Shown here piece by piece: positions 59,385 to 64,000 of a DNA stretch of 64,000 nt (position 1 is the stretch's first letter; the number at the start of each line of letters is the position of its first letter). A program made the position numbers and the translations under genes. The notes under the pieces were generated by a model. It was not told where the DNA came from. It saw only the letters and a list, made by a program, of their open reading frames with translations, and did not search any database. Source of the stretch: Squalus acanthias (Eukaryota); the NCBI GenBank assembly GCA_030390025.1, contig CM059431.1, positions 108,378,001 to 108,442,000 of the forward strand. The letters run 5' to 3'.

Positions 59385-62300
59385 ATAGAATCATAGAATG
59401 GTTACAGTACAGAAGGAGGCCATTCGGCCCATTGAGCCCGTGCCGGCTCTCTGCAAGAGCACTTCAGCTAATCCCACTCCCCCGTCCTTTCCCTGTAAGC
59501 CCTGCAATTTTTTTCCTTCAGGTACTTATCCAATTCCCTTTTGAAAGCCACGATTGCATCTGCCTCCACCATCCTTTCAGGCAGTGCATTCCAGATCATA
59601 ACCACTCGCTGCGTAAAAAAGTTTTTCCTCATGTCGCCTTTGGTTCTTCTGCCAATCACCTTAAATCTGTGTCCTCTGGTTCTCGACCCTTCCGCCAATG
59701 GGAACAGTTTCTCTCTATCTACTCTGTCTGGATCCCTTATGACTTTGAACACCTCTATCAAACCTTCTCTCAATCTTATCTGCTCTAAGGAGAACAACCC
59801 CAGCCTCTCCAGTCTATCCACGTGACTGAAGTCCCTCATCCCTGGAACCATTCTTTGTAAATCTTTTCTGCACCCTCTCTAAAGCCTTCACATCCTTCCT
59901 AAAGTGCGGTGCCCAGAATGGGACACAATACTCCAGTTGAGGCCAAACCAATGTTTTAAAAAGGTTCATCATAACTTCCTTGCTTTTGTACTCTCTGGGC
60001 TGGATTTTCCAAGCCCCGAGGAGGCGGACATGGAGGCGGGACAGCCGGTAAACTCGGAGAAAGTGGGGGCGGATGGCAAACCCGCCCCCATCCCGCCTCC
60101 GTGCCCACTTGCCAGGAGGCGGGAAGATGTGCAGCTTCGGGTCCCGTCTCCTGGAGGCGGGAAAGGCATTTAATCCTTTTAACTGGCTGTTAACAGAAAA
60201 AAGGATTAGTGCCATTTTACCTTCACAGGTGAAGGCTTCCCGACCTCGGAGAACCCCGCCGGGTTGGAGGAGACGTGGAGGAGGTCTGCGGCAGTCGGAG
60301 GCACCTGGAAGTAAGGTGTAGAGGTGAGTGATGGGTGCAAGTGTGGAGTGGTAAGTATACAAGGTGAGTGATTAGTTTAAAAAAGCGTTCACTTACCTTT
60401 TTTTCCTTCTATAGCCTTTAGCCGCGGTGGATCGGGAGAGCGGACATCCACCTTGTCAATTTCAGGAAATGGCTGATGGACCCTCCGATCCATCAGACAT
60501 CAGAAATTTACTTATTTTCAATGTTTGTTTAGTCCACACCACAAAGACTCATCAAACTAAAGAGAATGTCAGTGTTTGACAGCTTCACAGAGCTGTCAAA
60601 CACTGTCATTTCTTCTTTCAAGAAGTCTTGACAGATAGCACGTCTGACATTGACGTGATCTGTCAGTGACTTCTTCCCTGATTGGCTTGCTGAGCCCGCA
60701 GGGCGAGCTTAACAAGCTCAATCAGGGGAAAATCCCTCTGAATGGTCAGGTGAGGATGGAGGTGGGACATTGACACGACAAGCAGCAGTCCCGCCTCCAA
60801 CTCGCCTCCATTCATAAAATCTAGTCCCAAGCCTCTATTTATGAAGCCCAGTATCCCGTATGCTTTTTTAACCGCTTTCTCAACCTGCCCTGCCACTTTC
60901 AACGATTTGTGCAAATATACCCCCAGGTCTCTCTGTTTATGCACCACCTTTAGAATTGTACCCTTTAGTTTATATTGCTTCACCTCATTCTTCCTACCAA
61001 AATGTATCACTTTGCACTTTTCTGTGTTAAATTTCATCTGCCATGTGTCTGCCTATTCCATCAGCCTGACTATGTCCTCTTGAAATCTATCACTATCTTC
61101 CCCACTGTTCACTATATTTCCAAGTTTTGTGTCATCTGCAAATTTTGAAATTGTGCCCTGTACACCCAAGTCTAAGTCATTAATATATATCAAGAAAAGC
61201 AGTGGTCCTAGTACTGACCCCTGGGGAACACCACTGTGTACCTTCCTCAAGTTCAATAAACAACCGTTCACCACTACTCTCTGTTTCCTGTCACTTAATT
61301 AATTTTGTATCCATGCTGCCACTGTCCTTTTCATTCCATGGGCTTCAACTTTGCTGGCAAGCCTATTATGTGGGTCTTTATCAAATGCTTTTTGGAATCC
61401 AAGTACACCACATCAACCGCATTCCCCTCATCAACCCTCTCTATTACCTCATTAAAAAACTCAATCAGGTTAGTTGAACACAATTTGCCTTTAACAAATT
61501 TGTGCTGGCTTTCCTTAATTAATCCAGACTTGCCCAAGTGACTGTTACTTTTGTCCTGGATTATCATTTCTAAAAGCTTCCCCACTACCAAGATTAAACT
61601 GACTGGCCTGTAGTTGCTGGGTTTATCCTTACACCCTTTTTTGAACAAGGGTGTAACATTTGCAATTCTCCAGTCCTCTGGCACCAGCCCCGTATGCAAG
61701 GAGGATTGGAAGATTATGGCCAGTATCTCCACAATTTCAACCTTCACTTCCTTCAGCATCCTAGGATACATTTCATCCGGTCCTGGTGACTTATCTACTT
61801 TAAGTACAGCCAGCCTTTCTAGTACTTACTCTTTATCGATTTTTATCCCATGCAGTATCTCATCTAGCTCCTCTTTCACTATGACTTTGGCAACATCTTC
61901 TTCCTTGGTAAAGACAGATGAAAAGTGTTCACTTAGTACCTCAGCCATGCTCTCTGTCTCCATGCGTAGATCTCCATTTTGGTCCCTAATCGGCCCCAAC
62001 CCTCCTCTTACTACCCATTTACTATTTATATGCCTATAGAAGACTTTTGGATTCCCTTTTATGTTAACTGCCAGTCTATTCTCATACTCTCTCTTTGCCC
62101 CTCTTATTTCCTTTTTCACTTCCCCTCTGAACTTTCTATATTCAGTCTGATTCTCACTTGTATTCTCAACCTGACATCTGTTATACGCCCCATTTTCTGC
62201 TTCACCTTACTCTCTATCTCTTTCATCATCCAGGGAGATCTGGCTTTAGTTGCCCTACCTCAACTATACCTGAACCAACTCCTCTTTAAAGGCATCCCAT

Positions 62301-63440
62301 TGTTCGATTACAGTTTTGCCTGCCAATCTTTGATTCCAATTTGCCCGGGCCAGATCCATTCTCAACCCACTGAAATTGGCCTTCCTTCAATTAAGTATTT
62401 TTACTCTAGATTACTCCTTGTCCTTTTCTATAGCTGATCTAAACCTTATGATACTGTGATCACTGTTCCCTAAATGTTTCCCGACTGACACTTGCTCTAC
62501 TTGACCCACCTCATTCCCCAGAACCAGATCCAGCAACGCGTTCTCCTCATAGGGCCGGAAATGTACTGATCAAGATAGTTCTCCTGAACACACTTCAGGA
62601 ATTCTTCCCCCTCTTTGCCCTTTACACTATTACTATCCCAGTCTATATTAGGATAGTTGAAGTCCCCCATTATCACTACTCTATAGTTCTTGCACCTCTC
62701 TGTAATTTCCCTGAAAATTTGCTCCTCGACATCCTTCCCACTAGTTGGCAGCCTATAGAATACACCTAGTAGTGTAATGGCACCTCTATTGTTTCTCAAC
62801 TCTAACCAAATAGATTCTGTCCTTGATCCCTCCAGGACATCCTCTCTCTCCAGCAGTGTAATATTCGCCTTAATAAATACTGCCAATCCACCTCCTTTCT
62901 TTCCTTCCCTATCTTTCCTGAACACCTTATATCTAGGAATATTTAGTACCCAATCCTTCCCTTTTTTGAGCCAGGTCTCCGTTATCACCACGACATCATA
63001 TACCCATGTGTTTATTTGCGCCTGCAGCTCACCAACCTTATTTACCACACTTTGTTCATTCACACACATGCACTGTAAACCTATCTTAGGCCTTCTTGTA
63101 TTCTCTATTAGTCTGACCCCACCTAATACCGTATTATTTCTTACTCTAGTGCTATCTATCTCTCCAAATCCTTTGTGCACCTTGTTTCTCCTTTCTAACG
63201 CTACATTCTGGAGCCCATCCCACTGCCAAATTAGTTTAAACCCTCCCCAACAGCACGAGCATGAGGAAATTGGTCCCAGCTCTGTTGAGGTGCAACCCGT
63301 CCGGCCTGTAGAGGTCCCACCTCCCCCAGAACCGGTCCCAATGTCCCAGGAATCTAATGCCCTCCCTCCTGCACCATCTCTCCAGCCACGCATTCATCTG
63401 CTGTATCCTCCTATTTCTATACTCACTAGCTCGTGGCACC
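59385..63440 (-). mobile_element. CR1 LINE: ORF1 esterase-like C-terminus and fragmented ORF2 (EN and RT), interrupted by a MITE
   Basis: MNAWLERWCRREG...DGLHLNRAG (SGNH-type), [32 protein letters not shown], (ATTCTATG)n tail. Confidence 0.92.
59997..60827. mobile_element. Harbinger-type non-autonomous element
   Basis: TIRs GGGCTGGATTTT and AAAATCTAGTCC. Reverse-orientation homolog of 13386-14232. The CR1 is contiguous across it. Confidence 0.75.
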
Positions 63441-63634
63441 ATCTTTTGGTAAACATCTCGAAGACCATCACCAACAATTAATGACTTTGAAGTGCAATGA
63501 TTATTAAGGCAAAGCAAGGAGTTTCTCATAGTTGGATATATATATATGATATATATAAAACATAGTTCAGTTCACTATTACAGTACCTTGTGGAGAATCA
63601 GAAAGCATGATTAATGCACTGAAAAGCAGACACA

Positions 63635-64000
63635 GCAGCGATTTTAACCCTACTCGCTCAGCAGAAACCTGGCGGGCAGGCAGTTAAAATCGCCCTGGCT
63701 CTTACTTGTCCGAAAGCCGCCATGATTGCAACACCTGCAATTTTAATCTCCTCTCCTGAGCAGGCAGCAAGGACACGCGCCCGGAGCCGACAGGGTCCTT
63801 CTTTACACAGGCCTGTTGCGGTCGGATGACATCATCGAGACCCAACTGTAATTTTAACTCAGGCCCGAGCGGGGAATCCACCTGGAGTTAAGATCAGGGC
63901 CGGTTCAGCCCCACCAAAAGGCCACATACGCGCAACATGTCAGCAGCAACCGGCCCTTGCATTTTATTTTAAGATTTTGTCAAAAGAACTGTACATTAGA
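63635..64000. mobile_element. Probable MITE fragment
   Basis: GC-rich, with a GCGATTTTAAC...GTTAAAATCGC inverted repeat. Runs toward the window end. Confidence 0.4.

Overview
Repeat-dense vertebrate genomic DNA, probably from a shark or other elasmobranch (inferred from the repeat families: CR1 and L2-type LINEs, Deu-domain tRNA-SINEs, Penelope-like elements with hammerhead ribozyme motifs, Harbinger-type elements). I found no convincing host exon, rRNA, true tRNA gene or CRISPR array. The main feature is a 6.8-kb retrovirus-like provirus on the minus strand (26355-33183, TG...CA ends, GTTG target-site duplication). It has a ~1.6-kb 5' LTR, a truncated 3' LTR, a tRNA-Ser-like PBS that overlaps the gag ATG, and a twice-frameshifted gag (coiled coil, capsid, CCHC). 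A UGA-CUG readthrough-type junction leads in frame into a second Gag-paralogous ORF instead of pol. The 464-aa env-like ORF has an Ig-like domain, a furin site and an F2-like segment, suggesting a lokiretrovirus-like element. Two solo LTRs and one window-truncated LTR are also present; the one at 11408-12675 shares R and U5 motifs with the provirus. The window also has multi-level nested insertions and several inverted Penelope terminal repeats carrying minimal hammerheads. Coordinates were read by eye. Boundaries of degraded repeats are approximate and family names rest on recalled motifs, not database searches.
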